Virus record (IMG/VR): IMGVR_UViG_3300025470_000044
Coordinates: 1-36,214 of that record
Origin: a virus
Lineage: Duplodnaviria > Caudoviricetes
DNA: 36,214 bases
Strand: one strand, 5' to 3'
Shown here: piece after piece, positions 1 through 8,350 of the stretch
Layout: every line of letters starts with the position of its first letter
How positions within the stretch are numbered: the stretch's first letter is position 1
Notes under the pieces: model-generated
What the model saw: only the letters and a program-made list of their open reading frames with translations
Database searches by the model: none
What the model was told of the DNA's origin: nothing
Made by a program: the position numbers and the translations under genes

Positions 1-107
1 TGCTGAACTGGCCGGGCGTGGCCGGGCAGCGCGCAAGGGCAGATGACTCCAGAATGGCAGAATTGACCGAAAGACACCGGAAAGCAGCAAAGATCAGGCA
101 CTTACAC

Positions 108-138
108 GGTTTTCAGACGACGCGGGGAGGTTTCGGAA
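108..138 (+). repeat. Left-end candidate transposase-binding sites
   Basis: GGTTTTCAGA (108-117) and GGTTTCGGAA (129-138), 21 bp apart; the second is the exact reverse complement of TTCCGAAACC at 36203-36212. Confidence 0.6.
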
Positions 139-210
139 GATTTCTGGCAGAAGTGGCCAAATTGAAATGGTTTGTACCCCAAAACCGTCCTTTTTAACCA
201 CCGCGCCGGC

Positions 211-244
211 AAATAAAAGCGCGCCCTGGGGCAGCCAGAGCGCG
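211..244 (-). terminator. Intrinsic terminator closing the leftward arm
   Basis: Minus strand CGCGCTCTGG-CTGCC-CCAGGGCGCG stem (one G-U) followed by CTTTTATTT, just after the last leftward ORF. Confidence 0.7.
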
Positions 245-264
245 GCGTAAAGGGTTTTAGGGGG

Positions 265-414
265 TTACTTGGCTTTTGCTTTCGCCCACCGCGCCATGAC
301 GGCCTTGCGGGCTTGTTCGCTCGTCACCTTGCGGGCTTTGGCGGCTCCGGTCCCGGCTTTGCCACCGAGGCGACCGAGGGCGACGGCGGCGGGGTTTTTA
401 TTGGGCTGTTTCAT
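265..414 (-). CDS. Small basic protein (49 aa, KNPAAVALGRLGG motif), probable nucleic-acid binding
   Basis: MKQPNKNPAAVALGRLGGKAG...ARKAVMARW resembles small basic proteins of phages and mobile elements; start reassigned to ATG at 414. Confidence 0.7.
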   Translation of the reverse strand: MKQPNKNPAAVALGRLGGKAGTGAAKARKVTSEQARKAVMARWAKAKAK

Positions 415-433
415 GCGGTCGATTCTGCGGGGC

Positions 434-628
434 TTAGGCGACGAGGCGGCGGAAGGCTGCGTTGATTTTTGCGCGATCGGAGACTGTGAGCGCGGCGAAA
501 TCATCATGCTTGTTGACGAGCGCCGCCGCGCTTACGCGCTGCCATTGCTGGAGGTAAATCGAGAAATAGCTGATAGTGCCATCTTTGTGGATGGTGATTT
601 CTTGGTGCGGCTTGATGGTCGGATTCAT
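434..628 (-). CDS. Hypothetical protein (64 aa)
   Basis: Protein-like composition, A-rich leader, downstream of a good sigma70-like promoter. Confidence 0.65.
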   Translation of the reverse strand: MNPTIKPHQEITIHKDGTISYFSIYLQQWQRVSAAALVNKHDDFAALTVSDRAKINAAFRRLVA

Positions 629-671
629 ATGATTTTGATGTTTTTCAGTGAGTTGGTCACTGTCTGCTCAA

Positions 672-700
672 ACAATACAGCAACCGCTTGCCGAATGCAA
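672..700 (-). promoter_or_regulatory. Sigma70-like promoter for the two-gene left-end operon, with near-palindrome in spacer
   Basis: Minus strand TTGCAT-17 bp-TATTGT; spacer contains GCAAGCGGTTGC (680-691). Confidence 0.6.
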
Positions 701-756
701 CAACTATTTTCAATTAGACCGACCTTAACGGAGCGTTAACGGCGGGTTAAGATCCC

Positions 757-1416
757 TCAAAACGGCATGCCGACTTCCTGGTCGACCGACGATCCGAGCT
801 CCGGATCCAGGGTGCATGCCGCGTCGAGCTCCGGATCGCCATTTGACTGCGCAACTCGCGTTCCACGGCACACGGCACAGGTGCATGGCAGGCTGGCCCG
901 GAGGCGCATGTCGTGGATGGTGTCGCCGGCCTGCCCGCGCTTGGTATTGAGCCGAGCGGCCAGGGTGAAACGCACCTGGCGCAACTGGCCGGCATCCAGG
1001 TCCATCAGGGTGAGCGCCCTGGTCGGGCGATCCACGCGGCGATAGCGCGTTTTTGCCTCCATGATTTCCGTCAGATAGCCGCGAACGTCCTCCACATAGA
1101 GCTCCAGGCACGGGATCAAGTCCGTGAGGATATGGTGGCGCAAGATGCGGCACTCATTGCGCTCGGGCTCCACGGTCTCCAGGGCGGCGGGCAGACTGGA
1201 TCCGCGCAAGACGATCAGCTCATTCAGCACCTTGGTGAAGCCGGCGGTGCGGTCCACCAGCGTCAGGGAGTCGAAGCCACACCGTTTCAAAAAATCCTTC
1301 CGGCAAGCGTCGATCTGGGCGGCCGTCATGCCGGCTTCCCGCGTCCAGGACATGGCTTTGCATGTGGTAGACCACTCTCGCCAGAAGCGTTGGACCTGGG
1401 CGGGGGAAAGATTCAT
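757..1416 (-). CDS. GemA/Mu gp16 (DUF1018)-like protein
   Basis: Start MNLSPAQ at 1416 with ATGA overlap; RKDFLKRCGFDSLTLVD and MDLDAGQLRQVRFTL patterns plus position at end of a Mu-like early arm. Confidence 0.5.
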   Translation of the reverse strand: MNLSPAQVQRFWREWSTTCKAMSWTREAGMTAAQIDACRKDFLKRCGFDSLTLVDRTAGFTKVLNELIVLRGSSLPAALETVEPERNECRILRHHILTDLIPCLELYVEDVRGYLTEIMEAKTRYRRVDRPTRALTLMDLDAGQLRQVRFTLAARLNTKRGQAGDTIHDMRLRASLPCTCAVCRGTRVAQSNGDPELDAACTLDPELGSSVDQEVGMPF

Positions 1417-1844
1417 TTGAACGGGAGAAAAATCATCCCCTTGCACCGCTTGGCAACGGTGTCCTTGTGGGTGTCGCAATAGCGCAGGCCGCGACGCGGG
1501 CCGGAGCGCTCGCCCTGCCACTCGGCCGGGGCATTGCAGCGCTGCTGACGGCCAGCGGGGTCGCGCTCCAGGTATTCGCACCCGTCCGAATCGGCCGGTG
1601 CGATCGCCGGGCGCTCGCTCACGGTGTCCAGCGGATGAGGCATTCCCAGGTCCGGCCCATAGCGCATCCACATGCGATCGGCCGAGACCCGGCGGCCATC
1701 TGTCAGCCATCCATCCTGGCGCACGCGCTGGCTGAAGCTGGCCAGGAACCGCTGCTCCCATTCGGAGATCGTCAAGGGATTCTGGCCCATTTGATCGGCC
1801 ACGAGTTTGGCCAGGAAAAGCTGATATTGCTGGTCAGCAATCAT
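1413..1844 (-). CDS. Hypothetical protein with C-terminal Cys/His putative Zn site
   Basis: ATGA overlaps at both ends; CEY...QRC...YCDTH. Confidence 0.7.
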   Translation of the reverse strand: MIADQQYQLFLAKLVADQMGQNPLTISEWEQRFLASFSQRVRQDGWLTDGRRVSADRMWMRYGPDLGMPHPLDTVSERPAIAPADSDGCEYLERDPAGRQQRCNAPAEWQGERSGPRRGLRYCDTHKDTVAKRCKGMIFLPFK

Positions 1845-2239
1845 AGGTCTTTGGAGGTGATTACAATGCCGAAAAAAGGCAATCCATGCTCGGCTTTGAA
1901 CCAGTCAAATAACTCACGGAGCGAACCAAATCCATCGGCTTTTGCAAATCCATCCCAACCGTTGATGCCCCACCAGTCTTGCCGAAGTGCGGTCGCGCCT
2001 TTGACTGCGAAATGATGCGTCCCCCAAATGTCACCATGGATCTCAATCGTTTCAACCGCTATGATCTGGACCTTGGCCAGCTCCTGCTGCAGGCTCCAAT
2101 ACGGGCGCCCGGTCCATTCGCGCCAGCTCTCCCGGTCCCCGATCTGCGGCATGCGTTTGGGTACCGGCCGGATCGTCTGGCGTTTCGCGCCGCTCTTGAC
2201 AAGCGGCGCGAAACGCGGTTGGAACATCCTTACTCTCAT
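1841..2239 (-). CDS. ASCH/PUA-like domain protein
   Basis: FQPRFAPLVKSGAKRQTIR (GxKxxTIR) and FAKADGF...LFDWF; start MRVRMF at 2239. Confidence 0.7.
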   Translation of the reverse strand: MRVRMFQPRFAPLVKSGAKRQTIRPVPKRMPQIGDRESWREWTGRPYWSLQQELAKVQIIAVETIEIHGDIWGTHHFAVKGATALRQDWWGINGWDGFAKADGFGSLRELFDWFKAEHGLPFFGIVITSKDL

Positions 2240-2243
2240 AAGC

Positions 2244-2729
2244 TCACTTCGGGTCCAGCCCATGTTCTTCGATATAATCCAGTATCCGTTCCATATCGGG
2301 ATATCCACGAATCGTGCGATCCTTCGAGCGCTCGAAGGCCAGCATACCCTTATATGCCTCACGCAAACCCTCAATCACTTCGGCGCGATTGATCGGCTTG
2401 CCTTCCACGTCCGTGATCGGTGGCCGGCCACCCATTGCGCTAACGCTTTTCGGTTGAAGCGTGGCCTGCCAGATCCGATGGCCTGGTGCCGTCTCCTTGA
2501 GTGAGATCCGAGTCTCCAATTCGTCAACATCGGAATTGGGTTCAACGAGTTGATGGAAAGTCTCCACCGCGCATCGGCGCGCCCCTTCCTCAATGGCCAG
2601 TGTGCTACTCCGTTGGATGCCCAACCATTCGCTATAGTTCAGGCGCCCATTATTTGGCATGGCATATGAGCGGAACGATCGGTGCACTGCCGAAAAGCTG
2701 TTTGACTGCTTGATGATGATCTTGATCAT
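2244..2729 (-). CDS. Hypothetical protein (161 aa)
   Basis: ATGA overlap with upstream ORF; fills operon. Confidence 0.65.
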   Translation of the reverse strand: MIKIIIKQSNSFSAVHRSFRSYAMPNNGRLNYSEWLGIQRSSTLAIEEGARRCAVETFHQLVEPNSDVDELETRISLKETAPGHRIWQATLQPKSVSAMGGRPPITDVEGKPINRAEVIEGLREAYKGMLAFERSKDRTIRGYPDMERILDYIEEHGLDPK

Positions 2730-3004
2730 GCGAATTTAAATTGGAGCTGATAGGGGGCAATTTTATAGACCAGTTCCCAGGCTGTGTTGCAGACGACCAG
2801 GATGCGATTCTGCTGGCGCATCCAGTCGAGCGTGTCGTGGATCTGAAATGGCGCCGGCTCAAGCAGTGGGTATTTCTTGGCCAATGCCATGCGGATGAGG
2901 CTGGAGGTGAAAACGCCCTTCCAGCGATAAACCAGGCGGCGAACTGCACCGGCCACGCCGCCCAGTTTAAAAATGAGAAATTCCAATTGGCGAAAGCGCT
3001 TCAT
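2726..3004 (-). CDS. Hypothetical protein (92 aa)
   Basis: ATGA overlaps at both ends. Confidence 0.6.
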   Translation of the reverse strand: MKRFRQLEFLIFKLGGVAGAVRRLVYRWKGVFTSSLIRMALAKKYPLLEPAPFQIHDTLDWMRQQNRILVVCNTAWELVYKIAPYQLQFKFA

Positions 3005-3633
3005 TTTGATTTTTTCCAGAGGTCGAAATGGGCTTTGATCATCGACAAGGCGGCCAGGTATTCCTTTGAATGGTTGTTTTCGCCGTGGGTGGTTTTGAGC
3101 TTAGCCACAAACTCTTCGATGGATCCGAAAAAACAGCCAGTGCGGAGCCTGATGCCTTGCTTAGTGGAGAATGCGAACAAGGTGCGCTGATCGCTGCCAA
3201 TCGGCCCCATGGCGAAAAACGGTCGCTCGTTGTCATCTATGAGTTCTCCATTGTCGAGCTTCCCTCCCTTGAGGTCAGCGCCCGTGAGGTCAGCGCCCGT
3301 GAGGTCAGCGCCCGTGAGGTCAGCGCCCTTGAGGTAAGCGCCCGTGAGGTCAGCGCCCTTGAGGTCAGCGCCCTTGAGGTCAGCGCCCGTGAGGTCAGCG
3401 CCCGTGAGGTCAGCGCCCGTGAGGTAAGCGCCCGTGAGGTAAGCGCCCGTGAGGCAAGCGCCCTTGAGGTCAGCGCCCGTGAGGCAAGCGCCCTTGAGGT
3501 CAGCGCCCGTGAGGCAAGCGCCCTTGAGGTCAGCGCCGTTTTTCACTGCCAATTCAACAGCAATTTTTACGGCCTCTGCCTCTACCGACAATAAAATTTT
3601 TCCGGACCACCAGTGTTTGATCTCAATTTTCAC
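3001..3633 (-). CDS. Pentapeptide-repeat protein
   Basis: 18 GA(D/C/Y)L(T/K) repeats; C-terminal GPIGS...RTGCFFGSIEEF domain; GTG start with GGAGGT RBS. Confidence 0.9.
   Translation of the reverse strand: MKIEIKHWWSGKILLSVEAEAVKIAVELAVKNGADLKGACLTGADLKGACLTGADLKGACLTGAYLTGAYLTGADLTGADLTGADLKGADLKGADLTGAYLKGADLTGADLTGADLTGADLKGGKLDNGELIDDNERPFFAMGPIGSDQRTLFAFSTKQGIRLRTGCFFGSIEEFVAKLKTTHGENNHSKEYLAALSMIKAHFDLWKKSK
3266..3537. repeat. Tandem 15-bp coding repeat (18 copies)
   Basis: Unit CCC(G/T)TGAGG(TC/TA/CA)AGCG, head to tail. Confidence 0.95.
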
Positions 3634-4163
3634 GCGGGCACCTCCGAATCCGTCAAATTCGGTTCCACAAAAAATGCCTCCGCCTGGGTGACTTTGAGCC
3701 CACAGCGCGGCAGCACAGCCTGGATGGCTTCCTCATCCCGCTGGCCGATGATGGCCTCTTTGTCGATCTCGGGCCGTGAACGGATGAAGTTAGGCAGGAA
3801 CCGGCCCACGAGATCCGTGGCTGTATCCCAGGTGAACGCACGGCTGAGTAATGCCAGCTTGGGGGTGCTCGTGCGGAAACCCAGCGAGCCGGTCAAAAAG
3901 TCAATCGACTTGCGGCCTTTTGCAAACTCTTGCGGATTCGCTTCAGCCCATGCTTCCAGGATAATAGTTTTGGCCTTGAGTTCGGCATCGCACTGCGCCA
4001 GACCGGGAGCAGCTTCCTCCTGGGCCTTGAGGACGGCCGCATCCAGGCGCGCAGTCAGTTTCCGTTTATTGTTGGCAATGTTGGCGATTTCGTTCATGAC
4101 CGCTTCAGCCTCATCGCGCGAGGCCAGCAGTGTGACAGTGTTCTTGATTCGATTTTTGGACAT
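3630..4163 (-). CDS. gam: Mu Gam-like host-nuclease inhibitor (DNA end protection)
   Basis: N-terminal coiled coil, KGRKSIDFLTGSLGFRTSTPKL, FIRSRPEIDKEAI, GLKVTQAEAFFVEP; downstream of MuB; start at 4163. Confidence 0.85.
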   Translation of the reverse strand: MSKNRIKNTVTLLASRDEAEAVMNEIANIANNKRKLTARLDAAVLKAQEEAAPGLAQCDAELKAKTIILEAWAEANPQEFAKGRKSIDFLTGSLGFRTSTPKLALLSRAFTWDTATDLVGRFLPNFIRSRPEIDKEAIIGQRDEEAIQAVLPRCGLKVTQAEAFFVEPNLTDSEVPA

Positions 4164-4185
4164 GTTTTTTTTCTTGGTTGAGGGT

Positions 4186-4452
4186 TTACAAACGGACCGC
4201 CTCGTCAAACGAGGTGGTCAAACAATGGGGACTAAGGCCGCCCAACATGGTGAGGTAGATTGCCTCGCCATTTTTGAGCCGTTCGAGATCTGTTGGGGAT
4301 GGCAGCCACGCGACCGTGGCGAAATCAATGCCATCAAGGTTGCCGCCCTGGATTGTGCCGCGATAGGCTGCGATTGCGCTCACTTGCGTTTCATCCATGC
4401 CTGCCGGCGCGCCATAACGGCAATTCGCCTGGGGAAAAGTGGTTGGACTCAT
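4186..4452 (-). CDS. Hypothetical phage protein (88 aa)
   Basis: Start MSPTTFPQAN with ATGA overlap; WLPSPTDLERLKNGEAIYL. Confidence 0.7.
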   Translation of the reverse strand: MSPTTFPQANCRYGAPAGMDETQVSAIAAYRGTIQGGNLDGIDFATVAWLPSPTDLERLKNGEAIYLTMLGGLSPHCLTTSFDEAVRL

Positions 4453-4574
4453 AGAAGCAAAAGGGCAAATGCCGTCGCGAGAACGATCGCCAGGGCGATC
4501 GTGTCCTCGATCCACTCGCGCGGAGATCCCAGCGTGGCCAGTGTGCCGATCGGCCGGTGGAAGATGGCTTTCAT
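4449..4574 (-). CDS. Small membrane protein (41 aa), below ORF-track cutoff
   Basis: Hand translation MKAIFHRPIGTLATLGSPREWIEDTIALAIVLATAFALLLL; ATGA overlaps at both ends. Confidence 0.65.
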   Translation of the reverse strand: MKAIFHRPIGTLATLGSPREWIEDTIALAIVLATAFALLLL

Positions 4575-4792
4575 TGCCGTTGCGTGATGGTCAGGAGCTT
4601 GAGGCGCGTCTCAATGGCAGCAGCCAACGTCAGCGCTTCGCGAAAACAGCCATCCTGAGCCAGATCCACCAGCGCATGCAGCGCGATGGCCAGCGCCGGA
4701 TCATGAATTGCCACGTGAAAGAATGGCGTTGGCAATTTCTCCACCAGGCGGTCCTGGGACGATTGGGATTGGGGTGAGAGCGTGGCGTTCAT
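4571..4792 (-). CDS. Hypothetical protein (73 aa)
   Basis: ATGA overlaps at both ends. Confidence 0.65.
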   Translation of the reverse strand: MNATLSPQSQSSQDRLVEKLPTPFFHVAIHDPALAIALHALVDLAQDGCFREALTLAAAIETRLKLLTITQRQ

Positions 4793-4989
4793 GCGACCCC
4801 CATTTTTGCCCGCCGCGCACGCTGACGATCCAGCTCCTGGCGACGGCGGAAATTTTTGATGGCCATCTGATTGATGGCATTGAACATGGCGCTGATGCTC
4901 CGATCCGTGCGCCGGATCGCGCGTGTGACTTGTTCCTCCTCCAGCATCCAGGCGGGGACATTGACGAGGTTATTGGGCGGGTTAAACAT
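4789..4989 (-). CDS. Hypothetical basic protein (66 aa)
   Basis: ATGA-coupled to next ORF; helical, Arg-rich C-terminus. Confidence 0.6.
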   Translation of the reverse strand: MFNPPNNLVNVPAWMLEEEQVTRAIRRTDRSISAMFNAINQMAIKNFRRRQELDRQRARRAKMGVA

Positions 4990-5028
4990 AGCTTTATCCG
5001 CGGTTAATGGGTTGCAGCGTCACGCTGC

Positions 5029-6036
5029 TCAGTTGAGGTTGTAGTTGCGCACCAGCATGGTGTGCGCGGCCCGGAACGCCGCCACGTAAGTCAGTTTGGG
5101 ATTGCCCGACTTCACCTCCACGGCCACCTTGAGCTGCTTGTGCACGCTCCGGTAATGCCCATGCTCCCGAGCGACCTGCTCGCACAAGTCCAGCAGCTCA
5201 TCCATTTCGCCATTCGCCTTGGGCACGAGCTGAGTGACCAGGTGCTTGAGCAGCGGCCGGTCAATCACCATGCGTCCCTGGTCGTCCTGTTTCTTGATCT
5301 CGAACCGCAGACCCACGCGGCTGAAAATTTGCGGGTCGGATTCGATCTTGTTCAGCAGATCATACGTGCCGGCCAGCGCCAGCGGACATTGCGTGGCGTC
5401 ATGGAAATGGACCCACCACAGCAGCGCCGTGTAGTGCAAAAAATGCGCGTCATCCACCACGAGCAACCGCTCCGAACCCCGGAACCGTTTCACTGCATGC
5501 ACCGCGCGCGGCGTGCGGCCGTCGTAACCCGTCTGGCCGGCCTTCTCGAACATGAAGTTTTGCGCCGCCCCTTTGGCCGTGGTCCACGAGTAGCATTGAT
5601 ACAGAATTGCGGTCGGATTCTCCTTGCAATAATGCTCAATGCCCCGCGACTTGCCCCCGCCACTCTCGTCCAGGATCACGCCGATATCGCTCGTCTTGCG
5701 GATGTATTCCAGGGCCACCCGCGTCTGGTCCACCTCATCGCACTTGGCGGTCTCCACGCCGCTGGCGCGCCGGCGCGCCTCATTATTGAGCAGATCGTCA
5801 ATCTTACGCTCCAGGGCATTGACATCGCCGGGATAGATACAGCCAGCATCATTGAGATATTGGCTCACCACGGCCGCGCTCACGCCCAGGCGCCGGGCAA
5901 TGACATTATTGCTCCAGCCGGGCTGTTCGCGCAGATTGATCAGGGTTTGGCGCAGCAGCTTGTCGCAAGTCGATACCTTGCGATCCTCAGTGGCACTGGG
6001 CATCTCGCGCTCTTCAGGTTCAGGGTGTGATAACAT
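5029..6036 (-). CDS. MuB-like AAA+ transposition ATPase with N-terminal HTH
   Basis: HTH WSNNVIARRLGVSAAVVSQYL, Walker A ESGGGKS, Walker B LLVVDDAH, QIFSRV arginine finger; GGAGG RBS before ATG at 6036. Confidence 0.9.
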   Translation of the reverse strand: MLSHPEPEEREMPSATEDRKVSTCDKLLRQTLINLREQPGWSNNVIARRLGVSAAVVSQYLNDAGCIYPGDVNALERKIDDLLNNEARRRASGVETAKCDEVDQTRVALEYIRKTSDIGVILDESGGGKSRGIEHYCKENPTAILYQCYSWTTAKGAAQNFMFEKAGQTGYDGRTPRAVHAVKRFRGSERLLVVDDAHFLHYTALLWWVHFHDATQCPLALAGTYDLLNKIESDPQIFSRVGLRFEIKKQDDQGRMVIDRPLLKHLVTQLVPKANGEMDELLDLCEQVAREHGHYRSVHKQLKVAVEVKSGNPKLTYVAAFRAAHTMLVRNYNLN

Positions 6037-6064
6037 ATTTAATCCTCCGGCGGTTACGGCCGCA

Positions 6065-8350
6065 TTACGCGGCCAGGTTGCGCAGCGCCTCGCGGGCAAT
6101 GGCGGCATCGTCATTGCGGCGCTGCTTTTGTTTTTCGGTCGCTAACTTCTCGCCCCGGACCGCCATTTGATGGGCGGCCACGGGCGAAGAAAGAACTTGG
6201 CCGCCATTCCCCATGGGATTGGAGACCGTCACAAAATCATTGCGGGCTTCGGCTACTTGCTGGTTATGCGCCCGCATGGCAGTCAACTCGCGCACCTCGC
6301 CGGCCGCCAGTTGCGCCTCGCGCACCTTCGCATCATTGAGCGCCGATGCGCTCAGTCGGATCGCCGCTGACAGCGCCTCGCGATCGTCGTGCCGGACCAG
6401 GCCGCGACGCAGCCAGGTGCCCAGGATGCCGCCCCGGCCGTCGGTCAGGGTGAGGAAGCGCGGATCATCTGGATTGAAGTAACACAGGCACGTCGTCTCC
6501 GGAGGCAGCGCGAAATCGGGCGCCGGCGGCGCAAACCGCAAAATCTTGCCCTCGTGCGTGAACTCAATCTCTCCGTTCTGCTCCACCGGCCGGCGACGCT
6601 GGGTGTGCTCGTAGAATGACACCATCACCTCCGGCGCCACGCGGGACCATTCGCCAGGATATTGCTGCACCAGCTTGGCCGCGCGCTCCAGCGGCGTCTC
6701 CATGCGCGCCCGCACGCGCGGTTGGGAATCGTCAGCCGAGCTCTCGCGAGTCGCGGCCACGGTTGTGGCCGGCACCCAGTTGGTGCCGTCGAACATCTCC
6801 ACCACGCGCTCAAAGCCCTCGCACGTGTGATCCGTGCGCTGATTCTGCTGGCGAAACATCTCAAACAACTTCTCGCGCGCCTGGGGAATGGTCAGCACCG
6901 GATAAATCAGATGTTCCCGATCCTCCGGACGATGATTCCGCCAGATATCAATGGCCTCGCGCTCGCGGTCGATCAGTTCAGCGGGCCGGTGGCCGTAGGT
7001 CATGCCGATCTGCCCAGGGAAACAGCTCGTCATCATGTGCTGCAGCCGGTTCAAACTTTCCAGCATGGCCTTGGCCTTGGAATTGCCCACGCGCTTTTCC
7101 AAATAGCCCGTGGCGTTGCGGCCACCGATCATGCTCGCCATGCGGAACGTGATCCGATCGCCCAGCATTTCCGCCAGCGCCGCGCGCACCGCCTCGCTCA
7201 GCGTGGCCGTGCCATTCTCCAGCAGCCATTCCATGGCCCAGGGCGGAAGGCCGTACGTCTCCAGCAGCCAGCCACAGAGCTGCTTCATGTCTTGCAGCTT
7301 CAGATGTTCCTGACTGCCGTCATCGCGCGCCAGGGCCGGCCGCATGCCAAAGCCCAGCAGCATCGTGGTGGCCACGTCACGCGCCACCAGGAGCCACAGA
7401 TCGCAGATCTGGCCGCGCACGGTGTCGATGACCCGGAAATCGCATCGCACGTCGTCGAACTGGCACAGCTCCAAAAACCGCAGACCTTCGCGCGTGCCAT
7501 GGACTTGCGGCAGATAATCCCGCGCCGATGCTGCGCCGTGATGCCGCAGTGCCTTCACTGCCCTGGTAAACTTGGCCCGTGCCTTGAGTTGTCGGCGGAT
7601 ATTCGACGAGCTCCAACCAGCCGGCTCCAGGTTCACGGTGCGCGTCTCCCAGCCATCGGCATAGCCGGGAATTGCGTGCGATTGACCGCGTTGGTCACGG
7701 CCCGTGCGCCATTGGCGGCGGATGCTCAAGATGGCCTGCTCGCCGGCATCGCCGCGCTTAAAGTCGCCCATGCGCGCCGCCACGTAATCTAGGAACTCAT
7801 CTGGCAACCCTATGGCTGACCGCAAGGTCCAATCCGGGCCGGCCTTCGCGCGATTCACCAGCACCAGCCAATCTTGTGCCTTTAGCCAGGCATCATACTT
7901 GCCACGATACGTCTTGAGGGGGCGAAACTCCGCATAGATGGCCAGCGCCCGCTCGCACGCCGCCTGCACGCTCAACTTGTTGCGCCCTGTTGCCAGCCCC
8001 AGGACGAACAGTACAGACGCCTGCATGCGGCGCACGGCCGCGCGCTGGTCGATCGGCAGCCGGCGGAATAGCGGCTCTTCCTGCTCCCAGCGCGGCACCG
8101 GCGTGCGCTGGGCCAGGTACGCCCGCACATCCGTCACCAGACCGCACGCTGTTAGTGCCACTGTTCCATGTGGAACCGTCAAAGCGCTCTGCGGAATGAT
8201 TAGGGAGCTACTGGATCTTGCCGCCGCACCTGGCCCGGTAGTCAGCGATACAGCGCCAGCGCCGCTGACGGTGATGCTCAGTCCGGTTTCAGCCGTGTTC
8301 TCGGCGGTCTTACCGTCGTTCGCTCCCAAATTGGATAGGTCGGAGATCAT
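6065..8350 (-). CDS. MuA-like DDE transposase
   Basis: 761 aa upstream of MuB; QFDDVRCD, LLVARDVAT, LLENGTA, GNSKAKAMLESLN; C-terminal CYFNPDDP pattern. Confidence 0.85.
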   Translation of the reverse strand: MISDLSNLGANDGKTAENTAETGLSITVSGAGAVSLTTGPGAAARSSSSLIIPQSALTVPHGTVALTACGLVTDVRAYLAQRTPVPRWEQEEPLFRRLPIDQRAAVRRMQASVLFVLGLATGRNKLSVQAACERALAIYAEFRPLKTYRGKYDAWLKAQDWLVLVNRAKAGPDWTLRSAIGLPDEFLDYVAARMGDFKRGDAGEQAILSIRRQWRTGRDQRGQSHAIPGYADGWETRTVNLEPAGWSSSNIRRQLKARAKFTRAVKALRHHGAASARDYLPQVHGTREGLRFLELCQFDDVRCDFRVIDTVRGQICDLWLLVARDVATTMLLGFGMRPALARDDGSQEHLKLQDMKQLCGWLLETYGLPPWAMEWLLENGTATLSEAVRAALAEMLGDRITFRMASMIGGRNATGYLEKRVGNSKAKAMLESLNRLQHMMTSCFPGQIGMTYGHRPAELIDREREAIDIWRNHRPEDREHLIYPVLTIPQAREKLFEMFRQQNQRTDHTCEGFERVVEMFDGTNWVPATTVAATRESSADDSQPRVRARMETPLERAAKLVQQYPGEWSRVAPEVMVSFYEHTQRRRPVEQNGEIEFTHEGKILRFAPPAPDFALPPETTCLCYFNPDDPRFLTLTDGRGGILGTWLRRGLVRHDDREALSAAIRLSASALNDAKVREAQLAAGEVRELTAMRAHNQQVAEARNDFVTVSNPMGNGGQVLSSPVAAHQMAVRGEKLATEKQKQRRNDDAAIAREALRNLAA

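Noticed and set aside
3266-3537. CRISPR array or DGR template/variable repeat
   Set aside because: Contiguous 15-bp in-frame coding repeats with no spacers; no cas or reverse transcriptase gene in the window
3070-7792. Long + strand ORFs (3070-3594, 3613-4587, 5062-6030, 6662-7792)
   Set aside because: Antisense shadows of well-supported minus-strand genes in GC-rich DNA
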